Positions 9,341 to 20,847 of a stretch of 64,000 nt of DNA are shown here, in pieces; position 1 is the first letter of the stretch, and every line of letters starts with the position of its first letter. Position numbers and translations under genes: made by a program. This DNA is from Nitrospirota bacterium (GTDB lineage Bacteria; Nitrospirota; UBA9217), in NCBI GenBank assembly GCA_963749655.1, contig CAVVOB010000028.1, positions 128,001 through 192,000 of the forward strand. Reading direction: 5' to 3'. Below the pieces are notes generated by a model. That model saw only the letters and a list, made by a program, of their open reading frames with translations, was not told the origin of the DNA and searched no databases.

Positions 9341-10324
9341 TCACCGGTTCATGCTCTCGGTATACATGATCATCCGGATGCTCGCATCAACTACGGCCCG
9401 GTACCTGCTTTCCAGGAACGTGCGGCAGGCGTTGTTGTTTCCCTTGGACGTACAAATGCCGCCGGACAGACTGAACCGCTTTTCATCATCGTTGCCGGCA
9501 TAGGGAGCGAAGCCCGGCTTTACGGTTTTCGGATAGCTTCCGTCCTGCGCAGGGTTCCGTATGGTCCAGAAGACCTCGGTCCACGTCTTGCCCTTCATGT
9601 CGAACGAATCAGCGGCAATGGACTTCTTCATTTCCCTTCTCGTATCATCTGCAAGTTCCTTAAGCAGCGCTTCGAGAGCGCGGGCGATTCCCTCTTCTGT
9701 GTTTCCATATTTCAGAATAGCCTCTCTGTTCAAAGCCTTTAACTCCTCGCAGCGCCCGGTCGACAGCCGGTAATCTATCCGCGCGGGGTCGAGATATTCG
9801 TCGAAGGGATCGGGCTTATTCTTCGTGAACAAGCCCTTCCACCCCTCGGCTTTTACATGATAGTTGGGCGCGACATGGGCCGGCACTGCCGTTTCCTGGA
9901 TATAATGCAATACCCTCCCGCCTGCCTCATAGAGGTCCCTGCTGTTTTTTTCCCTGCCCGCTTTCACGAACTCCTGCAGCCGCTTCTTGAAAATGCGATG
10001 GAACGACTGGGACGCTTTCATCGCATCCTTCGTCCCGTTGAAGGCATCGTAGAAATGCCAGTTTCTGATCCGGGTGCAGGTCAGATCGTCCTCATGCCGG
10101 GTGAAGTCGACAAGGATCTGTCCTGATTTTGCATCTAGCGGTTTTGCACCCGATGCACCCTGCAGCGGGCTGACGCAGGCGTTGTTGTATTCTTCAATCG
10201 CATGCGCCGTGACCTTCGAATGGAGCGCAGCGTCGATCGCGCCGGCATTCTGCCCGAAACCGAGGAACGCGATTATTAGGAATACGATGGTCGCCGAGTT
10301 TTTCATTGAGGATATCTCCTTCAA
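9341..10324 (-). CDS. Secreted protein of zinc-dependent phospholipase C / P1 nuclease-like fold
   Basis: Signal peptide (..GQNAGA), His near the mature N-terminus, RNWHFYD, GRVLHYIQETAVPAH. Confidence 0.6.
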   Translation of the reverse strand: MKEISSMKNSATIVFLIIAFLGFGQNAGAIDAALHSKVTAHAIEEYNNACVSPLQGASGAKPLDAKSGQILVDFTRHEDDLTCTRIRNWHFYDAFNGTKDAMKASQSFHRIFKKRLQEFVKAGREKNSRDLYEAGGRVLHYIQETAVPAHVAPNYHVKAEGWKGLFTKNKPDPFDEYLDPARIDYRLSTGRCEELKALNREAILKYGNTEEGIARALEALLKELADDTRREMKKSIAADSFDMKGKTWTEVFWTIRNPAQDGSYPKTVKPGFAPYAGNDDEKRFSLSGGICTSKGNNNACRTFLESRYRAVVDASIRMIMYTESMNR

Positions 10325-10520
10325 TTCCTTTTGTTTGAAGAACAGGAGTTATCGTGGAGGGACTGATTGATTATAAGGATATGCGGTCCGGTGTCAAGGC
10401 CGGGAAAGCCGGGTCCTGGGTCCAGCACAGCCGGGGTGCGGATGTCAAAAGACCGCAAACCCGGAAAGAATTTTTTTATGCTATTATATACCGCAAGAGG
10501 GGGGGGCGAAAGGAGCAATG

Positions 10521-10703
10521 ATGAGTGCATTCGTTCAGGAAGCCGCGAGTCCGCGCCTGTCATCGGTCCGAAAAAGAACGGCACGGAGGTCCGTCAAATG
10601 GACCAACCTCTGTCCCTATACCCTCGAGGACCGCAGCAAGTGCTCTTCAAAGAAGCCCTTCAGGCGCGTGTGTGCATACACTCTCGAGGCCGGCTGCAAA
10701 TGA
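10521..10703 (+). CDS. Small basic Cys-containing peptide with internal CxYTLE repeat
   Basis: AAGGAG RBS at 10510-10515, extended -10 TGCTATTAT at 10479-10487; CPYTLED and CAYTLEA repeats. Confidence 0.5.
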   Translation: MSAFVQEAASPRLSSVRKRTARRSVKWTNLCPYTLEDRSKCSSKKPFRRVCAYTLEAGCK

Positions 10704-11148
10704 TCCCGGCCGATTGTTTATTCTTGATCTGTAATGGGGATTCTCACTGGTCTGAGGAGTTGGGCCTTGAAATATCAGTTGCGAAAATTTACAACTGGCC
10801 GTTAAATCGCGGAAAATTTCGAGCGGCCGCAACTTGCGTAATCGAAAATCTATGCTATACTTTGAGCCAGGTTGTCTGAAATCATTCAACACAGTTTGCC
10901 TTGGGTTTTGAGAGGAGAGGTACCGCAAGTATACAAAATGCCTTCATGCATCATGCGGTGTGCAAGCCCTCACGGAAGCAGAGAGGGTAGCCTAAAGCAT
11001 GTGCTGGGGCGGACTACTTGTCAACCAGCCTCGCAACTACTCAAAACTCAAGGCAGACCTTAATTCCCTTCTGTAAACCCCTCGTAGACTGAAACAACCT
11101 CAATCCTCTCGGCAATTTAGAACCCCACATGGGGTCAGACATCGGAAA

Positions 11149-12072
11149 CTAGGTTTTATCCAGCTGTCTTTTGATCTTGGCAACGTGTCCGGCCATGCTC
11201 AAGCGTTCCGGTTCATAGCCGCTGATCGAAGCTCCGTCGATGGAAAGATAGGCCGCTATATCTTTGACCGTATGACCCATGCTTCGCGCAACAAAGCTGA
11301 CAACATTTCTCGCTCTCGTTACAGTTCTAACACGCGTCCCTGACCGAAGTGTCGCCTTATCAATGCCTTCTGTGCGTTCTACCGCGTCCGCGATGTCATC
11401 CAATGACACCCGTTTCCTTTTTGAAGAATTATCTTCTATCCGCTCAGCCAGCACACGTTCGACAAACGCGTCGCTTCCCTTCAGCCTCTGATCTTTGACA
11501 GCATAGACTTCATCGGGTTTCAGATCCTCCGGTTCCCGCATGAATTCCCGATACAGGCGCTTCGCCCGGGACTTACTCTCCGAGAACATCCTCAATACAT
11601 GATCCGTATCAACCAGACTCAACGGGTTTAATTTTCCCGAATAGGCATGATGACTGCTCCAGGGGTAGCGGTCCAGACGGTCGGCAATCTTGGCTCGGAG
11701 GGAATTTCTCTGGAGATACCGGAGCAAAGCCAGCAGGTACTCTTCCTTCTCGCACAGGATCGCCTTGTAACGTCCCTGGAACTAATGGCCGACCGTACGG
11801 TACTTGTGGTTGTAATAGAGAGTGTATCGTTGATTGAGGCCCTGGAGTATCTTGGACAGCGGTATCTCTCGGGTTTCGATCAGAAGATGAACATGGTTCC
11901 CCATGAGAATATAGGCATGGAGGAAGAACTTATAGCGGTTTTTATAGATCGCGAGGAACTGGAGATATTTCTGGTAATCCGGGGTATCTTGGAAAATCTT
12001 CTGGCGCTGGTTGCCGCGGGTAATGATGTGATAGAATGCGCCCTCGTACTCGATGCGAGGTTTGCGTGCCAT
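11149..12072 (-). pseudogene. Y1 HUH transposase (RAYT/IS200-like) with DnaA-C-like HTH tail; in-frame TAG at 11782-11784
   Basis: MARKPRIEYEGAFYHIITRGNQRQKIF, NHVHL (HUH), GH*FQGRYK (normally GHLFQGRYK), RY..N helix, YPWSS; the two ORFs share one frame. Confidence 0.88.
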
Positions 12073-12078
12073 GGCGCA

Positions 12079-12107
12079 AGAGTATTAAAAGGCGGCGCAG
12101 ATGTCAA
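12079..12107 (-). promoter_or_regulatory. sigma70 promoter of the transposase, probably leaderless
   Basis: TTGACA (12102-12107)-17-TACTCT (12079-12084)-6 nt-ATG. Confidence 0.6.
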
Positions 12108-12145
12108 TAACCTAATTTCCGATGTCTGACCCCATTCGGTCCCCC

Positions 12146-12664
12146 TTATCTTATGGTGCCTGAGAGGACAGGGACGAGACCAGCAATATCAGCCCCATTC
12201 ATGTCTTTTGTAACAAGGCCGGACAGACTGAAGTCCTCCACCGTGGGGCTATACCCCGCTGAGATCGAGCAGTTGACGGTGGAGAACTCCCCCATACTGA
12301 ATCCGTGTGCGCTGGCGATCACGATTTTTATCGTTGCCGGGAATGTGCCTGAAGCCGCCGAGTATACCCCATACGTTATCGAATCCGGGGCCGCCGCACC
12401 TGATGCAGTAACTACGCCGTCGTCGGTCCATGGCGGGTTCACGGTACTGTTCGCCGTAACTCCCGGCGGCAGAGCGAGAGTAACATCTATGCCGTATATC
12501 ACGGTTGCAGTCCCTGATGTAGCCAGCGAGATAACTGCCGCGGTCGGCTGAGGCGCTGCGTTGTTGCCGCCCCCCGTGCTGCCGCACGCAGCAAGCATGA
12601 GCAGCATCAGTATAAATGTCAGGGATCCTGGATTCACCATTTTCTTCATAGAAGTATTCTCCAT
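12146..12664 (-). CDS. Lipoprotein with putative cohesin-like beta-sandwich
   Basis: LAAC lipobox, Gly-rich linker, IYGIDVTLALPPGV...IVIASAHGFSMGEFSTVNC...DMNG; 10 bp downstream of the dockerin-bearing gene. Confidence 0.65.
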   Translation of the reverse strand: MENTSMKKMVNPGSLTFILMLLMLAACGSTGGGNNAAPQPTAAVISLATSGTATVIYGIDVTLALPPGVTANSTVNPPWTDDGVVTASGAAAPDSITYGVYSAASGTFPATIKIVIASAHGFSMGEFSTVNCSISAGYSPTVEDFSLSGLVTKDMNGADIAGLVPVLSGTIR

Positions 12665-12674
12665 AGAAAAAATT

Positions 12675-15600
12675 TTACCAGATTATCAAGCCGACTGCCC
12701 GTCTCAGGATCACGACAACATCTCCTATGTCGATCGTTCCGTTCGGCTGGGGCTGCCCGTTTACGAGCGGCGACACGTCGCCGTGGACTAGATCGTCGGA
12801 TGTTGCCGTCTCGACTCCCGCTACGATGCGAAGAGCCTTAAGAGCATCGGTCACGTCAACAATACCATCTTTGTTAAAGTCACCGTCCGGCACCCACCTG
12901 ATAGTCGTGCTAGTAAAAGTTGCCGTTACCCCACCGATGGTAAGCGTCGTATCCATTGCAGTTGAATAGGCGTCAGATGATATTTGCCGCACCACGACTG
13001 CCTGTCCGTTTGTTATGGTCCCGGTCTCTGAAGTGTACAAACCTCCGTCAATGGAATACTTTCCTCCTGTGATGCTGATAGATGCAGGCGTATTGATACC
13101 TGTCACTGTTATGGAATCCGATATAATTTCGCTGTTCAGAGAGACATCAATTTGACTCGCAAAAACAAAAGCATCGGGCTCGCGATCCAAATATTCATAT
13201 GCTCCGATGTCCACATACTGGCCTAAGACTCTCGGATTTCCGTCAATGTCTTTGGATAGCATGGAGGGAGCGGAGTTTTCCCCCGCATCGATCAGGGGTG
13301 AATTCGACGAAAGATGATAATCACCGGCGGACTGGTTATTGAACAGAGGATCTCTATTCAGATTAGAGCCCTCGATCGTGAAAGTACCCGATACTTTATC
13401 AGGATCAAAATCATTGTTAAAAGCATTTACCGTCGAACCAAGACGAGAATTATCTATGAAAATTTCGCCGCCTTGCTGGTCTGCATTACCCCATATGACA
13501 TTGCTGTACATATTGACGACCGTCGTATAATTGCCTATATGGAGATAGAAGCCGGCGCCGCTCTGCGTGCCTGCTCCATTCCCGCTTATCGTGTTGTTGA
13601 TAACATCGGCGTTCCCGGCAACAAACAAGTACAAGCCGGCAAATAAATCGCTGGCATGATTGTCAGTGATGACATTGCCGGATACGATCAATGAGCCGGG
13701 ATTATTAACGTTGACTCTAGCGCCTCCTCCAAAGCTTGCAGTATTGTTGCTTATTATATTTCCAGTGAGATTTACGGAACCGCTTGAGCCCATATTTATC
13801 CCACCAACCTCATTCGCGGCCGTATTATTCTGTATGATACTGTTTGATACGGCTATCCGGTTGCCGTTGCTCCACAAAAGCAGCCCTCCGTTATTGTAAG
13901 CTTTGCCGTTTTTGATGGAAACGCCGTCAACAACGAGCTGAGCAGATGGTGTGCTGTTCAATCCGTAAATGTAAAGGACCCCCGGGGAACCATATCCCTG
14001 ATCTATATTTTCTCCATCAAGAACCGTATTGGCAGGATTGAGGTCCCTTACAGCGCAATCCAGAGAGACGCCGGAGTACCCCCCCTGGAGAACGAGGCTA
14101 TAGGGCTTGTCAGTTTGATAAGAGAACGCCGACCTGTTGTTCTCCGATATGCCATACGTCCCCTGTAGTATTTTAACGATGTTGTTTTCATTGTTGATCT
14201 TTGCATTATTGAGCGCATTTTGAAGTTCTCCACTTGTATGTACACAATGGACCTGAGTGCAGGCATCTCCAAAACCAAAGCCATTGGAGTCAAGTTGATC
14301 GGGATTGTATGTCGTCGGACAATTGTCAAGAACATCCGCGATTCCATCACCATCGGCATCCAGCGCTTCGACTCCCGCAGTAGTAACGGTGAAGACATCA
14401 CTCATTTCGCCGATGAAAAGGGTTGCTTCGACCGTTGTCGAAGCGCTTGATGATGAATTTAGACGAACTGTAACCGCCTGACCATTGACGACAGAGCCCA
14501 TAAGAGAAGTATATACTCCCCCATTAATCGAATATTCTCCACCGATAACAGCAATGGAAACGGGGACGGTGATGCCGGTAATTGTAATCGTATTCGAACT
14601 GACGAGCGTGTTGATTTGAACGCCCGTCTGATCCTCAAGTACAAAGGCATCCGGCGTGGCATCTGAAGCCTCTGTTGTTACGGAGAAGATACCTGCAACA
14701 TCGCCAATCGTGAGGCTGGCACCAGTGGTCGTTGAATTATTCGGAGAAGACGTGACCCGTAATCGAACCGAGTCGCCGTTACGAATCGTACCGGCTGTGC
14801 CGACCCACTGACCGCTGTTATCGACCTCATACTCGCCGCCGCTGATTGAGATCACAGCAGTACTGTTTATCCCGGTCACAGTAATGGCATTCGACATGAC
14901 CTGGGCGTTCACTGTGATGCCGGTTTGAGCGATAAAGCTGAACGCGTCGGGAGTGGCATCGTATGCGACGATCTTTCTGATACGGTGATCGCCCGTGTCG
15001 GCGATATAGACATCTCCCGTACTGTCGAAAGCAACACCGGAAGGCCCGTTCATGCTTGCATCGGTGGCAGGGCCGTAGTCGCCGGCAGAACTGTAATCTC
15101 CATTTCCGGCTATTGTACTGATCAATCCGGTTGAAGCATCTACCTTCCGAACATTATACGTGTCAGCAATGAATAAATCTCCCCCGCTCGTGACGCTGAT
15201 GCCGCGCGGGTTATACAATGTGCGCCAACGTGGCAGCACCGTTGTCTCCGGAGTATCCGGAAGTTCCATTTCCCGCAACGGTCGTTATCAATCCTGTTGT
15301 TGCATCTACCTTCCGGATACTGCTGTTATTCGTGTCCGAAATATAAATATTCCCGGAGCCGTCAACGGCCACAGCCTGCGGCATTGCAAGGCTCGCTGCT
15401 GTGGCAGGACCATTGTCTCCGGCATAACCGTAACCGTAACTGCCGGCAACAGTCGTGATCACGCCGGTAATTGCGTCCACTCTCCGAATACGGCTGTTAT
15501 ACGTGTCCGCAATATATATGTTGCCGTAGCTGTCAAGGGCGACTCCAAAAGGAACGCTGATCCACGCTGATGTCGCCGGTCTGTTATCTCCCGAATACCC

Positions 15601-18600
15601 TCCTGACCCACTGCCTGCCACCGTCGTGATCACTCCGGTAGTTGCATCCACTCTCCGAATACGGTTGTTATTCGTGTCTGCGATGTAAATGTTCCCGGGA
15701 CCGTCGACCGCTATACCCCGGGGAGTAAAGAGACAAGCTGCTGCAGCCGGGCCGTTGTCTCCGCACAATCCAGAAGTTCCACTGCCCGCTACGGTTGCGA
15801 TAACGCCTGATAATGCGTCTACCCTCCTGATACGGTTGTTGTCTGTATCCGCAATAAAGATGTTGCCTTCCCTATCAACAGCAATGTTCCCGGGTTCAGA
15901 AAAGAGTGCGAAAACAGCAGGCCCGCCGTCTCCAGTATAGGCCCCGCCATAGGCACTGACGCTGACCCCCGCTACCGTAGAAATAACTCCTGTTGCTACA
16001 TCAACTCTTCTGATGCGGCTGTTATTCGTATCGACAATAAGAATTCCCGTTGCCTCTGCGACTACTCCACGAGGAGAAGCCAAACTTGCTGACACTGCAG
16101 TCCCCTTGTCGCCGGCAAATCCTGACGTGCCCGTTCCTGCTATCGTGGTGATGACTCCGCTCACAGCATCCACCTTCCGGACACGGTGATTAGTTGTGTC
16201 AGCTATATATACATTGCCGCCGCTGTCGGCACTGATACCGCTCGGGTAATACAATGCTGCCGATACTGCAGCGCCGTTGTCTCCGGAATATCCAAATGTT
16301 CCATTACCAGCCACGGTCGTGATCACTCCGGTAGTTGCATTTACCTTCCTTATGCGGCTGTTACTCGAGTCCGCAATATAAACATTTCCGGAACCATCGA
16401 CCGCCACGCTTTCCGTATAACTGAGGCGAGCAGTTGTGGCAGGACCGGTGTCTCCGGAAAATCCATACGTCCCATCGCCCGCTATGGTCGTAATAATTCC
16501 TGTTTGTGCATTTACCTTCCTGATGCGGTAGTTGCTTGTATCTGCGATATACATATTGTTAAAGCTGTCTACAGCAATTCCTCCAGGGTTGATTTGTGCT
16601 GAAGTGGCCGGTCCATTGTCTCCGGAAAAACCTGCGGTCCCATTGCCAGCCACCGTTGTGATCACTCCCGTCTCTGCGCTTATCTTTCTGACGCGTTCGT
16701 TGTTCCCGTCACTGAAGTAGATATTTCCTGCGCTGTCGAGCGCTACACCCACCGGATAGCTTAGCGCAGCTGACGAAGCAGCACCGTTATCCCCTGAGTA
16801 GCCGGCCGAACCATTACCGGCAATAGTAGAAATCACTCCTGTTGCAGCATCGATTTTTCGTATTCGATTCCCGGAAGAATCTGCAATGTATATGTTTCCG
16901 ACTGCGTCTTTCGCCGCGCTGGAAGGATGCGCAAGTCTTGCCGTGGTCGCCGGCCCGCCGTCACCAACGCCTCCGGCTATAGTATAGATATCCCCGATGT
17001 TGTACAGATTGTATGTTATTGATGTTTCCGCCGGGTACGCTGTGAGATCCCCCATGTTCCGTACCTGCACGCCGACCATATACTCTCCGGATTGATAGCC
17101 GGTTGTGTCCCAGCTCCAGGTATTGGAGGTCGAATAGTCCTGAACCGTTGCCCAGGTCCCCGCAGTCCGAAGTCGAAATTTATACTCGTAGTGACCTGTG
17201 CCGCCGCTGCCGGTGGCTATGAACGAAACAAGCGAGCCGGCCGGCTGAGGATTCACAAGGTTTGTCGTCAGAGCAGCGCTGATATCTGATGACGTTACAA
17301 CACCGAAGGTGGATGAAACCCATCCGATTGTCAGAATGGTATCGGTCCTTGTGCCGTACGTTGGTGCTGACATCTGGCGCACCCGGACAACGTTGCCGTT
17401 GACAACGGTGCCGGCCATGCTTGTCCAAGTTCCGCTGTCGTTGACCTCGTACTCGCCGCCCGAGATTGTCAGTGGCGCAGGTGAATTGATGCCCGTGACA
17501 GTGACACTGTTCGATATAATCACCGTATTGATCGCTGCATTCGTCTGTTCACTGAAGATGAACGGCTCAGGCGTCGTATCGGGAGGCATAGTAGTAACTC
17601 CGAAAGTATCGGAAACCCCTCCAATCATCAGAACCGCGTTGGTCGTCGTAGAATACCTTGATGACGACATCAGCCGTACCCGGATCGTATCGCTATTGTT
17701 GGCGGTCCCACTCGCGCTCGACCAGATCCCGCTCCCGTTGATTTCGTACTCACCGCCCGAGATCATAATCGTTGTGGCCGCGACAATACCGTTAACGGTG
17801 ATGCTATTAGAGATAATCATCGTATTGGTTGCCGCGTCAGTCTGGTCGGTTAATGCGAACGGATCCGGCGTGGTATCGGGTGGCAGGGTGGTAACACTAA
17901 AGGTATCGGAAACCCCTCCGATCGTCAGAACCGCATTGGTCGTTGTTGAATAGGCTGAAGACGACATCAACCGAATACGGACCGGATTCTCGTTACTCAC
18001 CGTTCCTGTCTGAGACGTCCAAAGCCCGCTATTGTTGATCTCATATTGACCGCCTGTTATCGAGATCGGAACTCCTCCTGTAATACCGGTGACCGTTATT
18101 GTATTCGAAGTAGCAAGCGTGGACAGCGGGAAGTTTGCCTGGTCAATGAAACTGAAATTATTTGGTGGTGTGCCCCACGGAATGACGCTATTTGAAGCTT
18201 CTGACTCCGGCCCGGTTCCGACTGCGTTTGTCGCCCTTACCTTAAAGGTATAGGCCGTGCCGTTCATGAGTCCGGTCACGATGTGCGTAGTATCAGGCGA
18301 TCCGCCCGTGCTGTCCACACCGCCGACCGGATTTGATATTACGGTATACGCCGTTATCGGGCTGCCGCCATCATAGGCCGGCGCCGTAAACGTTACGGTC
18401 GCTGACTCATAACCTGCAATCGCTGTGACATCGGTCGGTGCGTCGGGACCCGTCTGCGGGGTCATAAGAGTATACGCGGTCATGCTTCCCGGGATAAGCG
18501 TGCTTTTATTCATGGAGGTTGCTTCCTGCCCATCGCCTGCAAATGCATATACCGTATGCAATCCCACAGTTTGTGAAGGGATAGTGAAACTTCCGCTATT

Positions 18601-20847
18601 GTCCGCTACAGTTGCATGCTGCCACGCGCCGGTCCACGTGTCTACTTGATAATATATATTTTGCACAGTGGGGGCTATGGGAGAGTAGCTGCTTGTTGTG
18701 GTATAACTAAGGGTAGGATTGCTGACGAGCGCAGTATTGCCCTCCAGCGGAGTGATGGCGACGGTAAGCGGAATGGGCTGGACCTCTTGTTCAGAAATGG
18801 CCGTAACATTAGCACTTGTATAGTTTGCCACGTATATCCTGTTCGTCGCCGGATTTACCGCGAGGGCGATCGGAGATGAACCGACTGCAACAGATACCGT
18901 TGTATTCGTAGCTCCATCGATCACGGTCACACTTGCATCGCCATTATTCACGGCGTATATTTTGTTGGTGGCAGGGTTCACGGTCACATCTTCGGGAAAC
19001 GCCCCTGCGCCGACACCGGACGTGCTGTTTGTTGCGCCGTCTATTACGGTTACGCTGGAGCCACCATGATTCGTGACATATATCCTGTTTGTAAACGGAT
19101 TTACTGCAATAGCATGGGGGAGTGAACCGACCGCGACAGTAGTTGGGACGTTCGTAGCTCCATCTATGACTGTTATACTGCTACTTTCATAATTTGCCAC
19201 GTAGACCTTGTTAGTGACGCTGTTCACGTCTATAGCACAGGGAGACGAGCCGACGGTAACCGCAGCTGTATCATTCGTGTCGCCGTCAATCACGGTTACA
19301 TTATTGTCGACGTGGCTTACGACATATATATTATTAGTGACTACATTAATTGCCAGCGCAGTCGGGAAAAGACCCACTGCGACATTTGTAGTCCCGTTCG
19401 TTTCTCCGTCAATAACGGTCACGGTATTGGTCCCGTTGTTTGAAACATAGATTTTATTGGTGACCGGATTTATTTTTATATGCTCGGGATTCGCGCCAAC
19501 GGGAACCGTTGTTGTCGTATTGGTCAAGCCGTCTATGACGGTTACTGTATCACTGTTATAGTTGGAGACATATATCTTGTTTGTTACAGGATTCACAGAG
19601 GCTTCGTACGGATATCTACCGGTCGCTATGGTAGCCGTCGTGTTGGTTTCGCCGTCTATCATCGTCACCGTGTCGGCGAGATAATTTGTAACATACACCT
19701 TGTTCGTTACAGCGTTCACGGCCACGGAACTGGGGCTGGAACCCGCATCAATAGTCGTGGTGACATTCTTCGCTCCGTCTATCACGCTGACGTTTTTGCT
19801 CCAATTATTCACCACGTATATCTTATTGGTGACGGAGTTTGCCGTCACTGCGACGGGGTACGAACCTGCGGATATTGTGCTCGTGGCATTCGTCGCCCCG
19901 TCTATTATGGTCACCACACTGCGGTTCGCCACATATACTCTGTTGGTAGCGGTGTTTACAGACACGGACCCGGGCTGCCAATCAGCGGCAATCGTGGTTG
20001 TTCCCTCCGTTGAGCCGTCTATGACCGTGACATTATAGCTTCCTGAATTTGCCACATAGATCTTGTTGGTGACGGGATTCGCTGCCACAGCGGTAGGATA
20101 CGATCCGGTTGCAATGGTGGCCGTGCTATTCGTCGCCCCGTCTATAACCGTAACGGTATTGCCCCAATAATTGGAAACGTATATCTTGTTAGCAACGGGA
20201 TTGACAGCTATGCTTACCGGACCGGAACCCGCGGTGATGGTTTCTAGGGCATTTGTTACCCCATCAATGACCGTTACGCTTGCACTATTCATGTTTGCCA
20301 CGTATATTTTGTTCGTAACGGGGTTTACCGCCACCGCATTAGGACTTGTCCCCGCGGTAACAGTGGATGTGGTGTTCGATTTCCCGTCGATAACGGTTAC
20401 ATTAGCACTATTAAAATTTGCAACATATATCTTATTGGTGATTGAGTTTACGGCTATTGCCATTGGGCAGGAACCGACGGCGACGGTCGACGTGGCGTTC
20501 GTTGCACCATCTATGACGGTAACAGTGTCGCTGCCTCTATTCCCCACGTATATTTTATTAGTAATAGAATTTACTGCTACGGGCCCTGGACTCACACCCA
20601 CCGAGACAGTGACGGCTGCGTTCGTCTCGCCATCTATCACGGTCACGGTTTGGCTGTCGAAATTCGTCACATATGTCTTGTTCGTAACAGGATTCACCGC
20701 TGCGTCAAGAGGGTTCGATCCGACGGGTATCGAAGCAGTTACATATTCGGCTTGAGCCAACAATGGTGCAAGCAGAAAAACACAAAAGAACATCGAGCAT
20801 ATGGCAACAGAGAGTGCCGGTTTCATAGATCTTCTAAAATGTTTCAT
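12675..20847 (-). CDS. Giant secreted surface protein (~2,720 aa): 16 YVTN repeats, FN3, six ~95-aa repeats, 12 NHL repeats, TSP3-like motif, beta-helix, C-terminal dockerin-like module; frameshift near 15225
   Basis: Signal peptide ..LLAQA; ORFs 15211-20847 and 12675-15278 join if one extra base is removed (ATLA-TLYNPRGI), giving 12 NHL repeats; DGDFNKDGIVDVTDAL...GDVSP..PNGTIDIGDVVVILRRAVG tail. Confidence 0.88.

Larger units (their letters stand above)
11129..12135. mobile_element. Y1/HUH (RAYT-like) element bounded by 27-bp inverted repeats
   Basis: ATGGGGTCAGACATCGGAAACTAGGTT (11129-11155) versus reverse complement of 12109-12135, ATGGGGTCAGACATCGGAAATTAGGTT (26/27). Confidence 0.85.

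Noticed and set aside
11782-11784. Amber recoding (pyrrolysine or alternative genetic code)
   Set aside because: TAG terminates several ordinary genes here (usp, MCO, FKBP, comM), no pyl genes are present, and the position is a conserved Leu one substitution from TTG.
1-12700. Classical integron cassette array
   Set aside because: No IntI tyrosine recombinase, and I found no convincing RYYYAAC...GTTRRRY attC hairpins between the genes. An IntegronFinder run would settle it.
15211-15240. Programmed frameshift or phase variation in the giant gene
   Set aside because: No homopolymer, microsatellite or slippery heptamer at the site, and similar indels occur throughout the window.
15000-20750. 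Periodic DNA repeats resembling a CRISPR array or DGR template/variable repeats (also 54500-59800)
   Set aside because: They are in-frame protein repeats (YVTN, NHL, Delta-60) with synonymous divergence. No constant repeat-spacer pattern, cas gene or reverse transcriptase is present.
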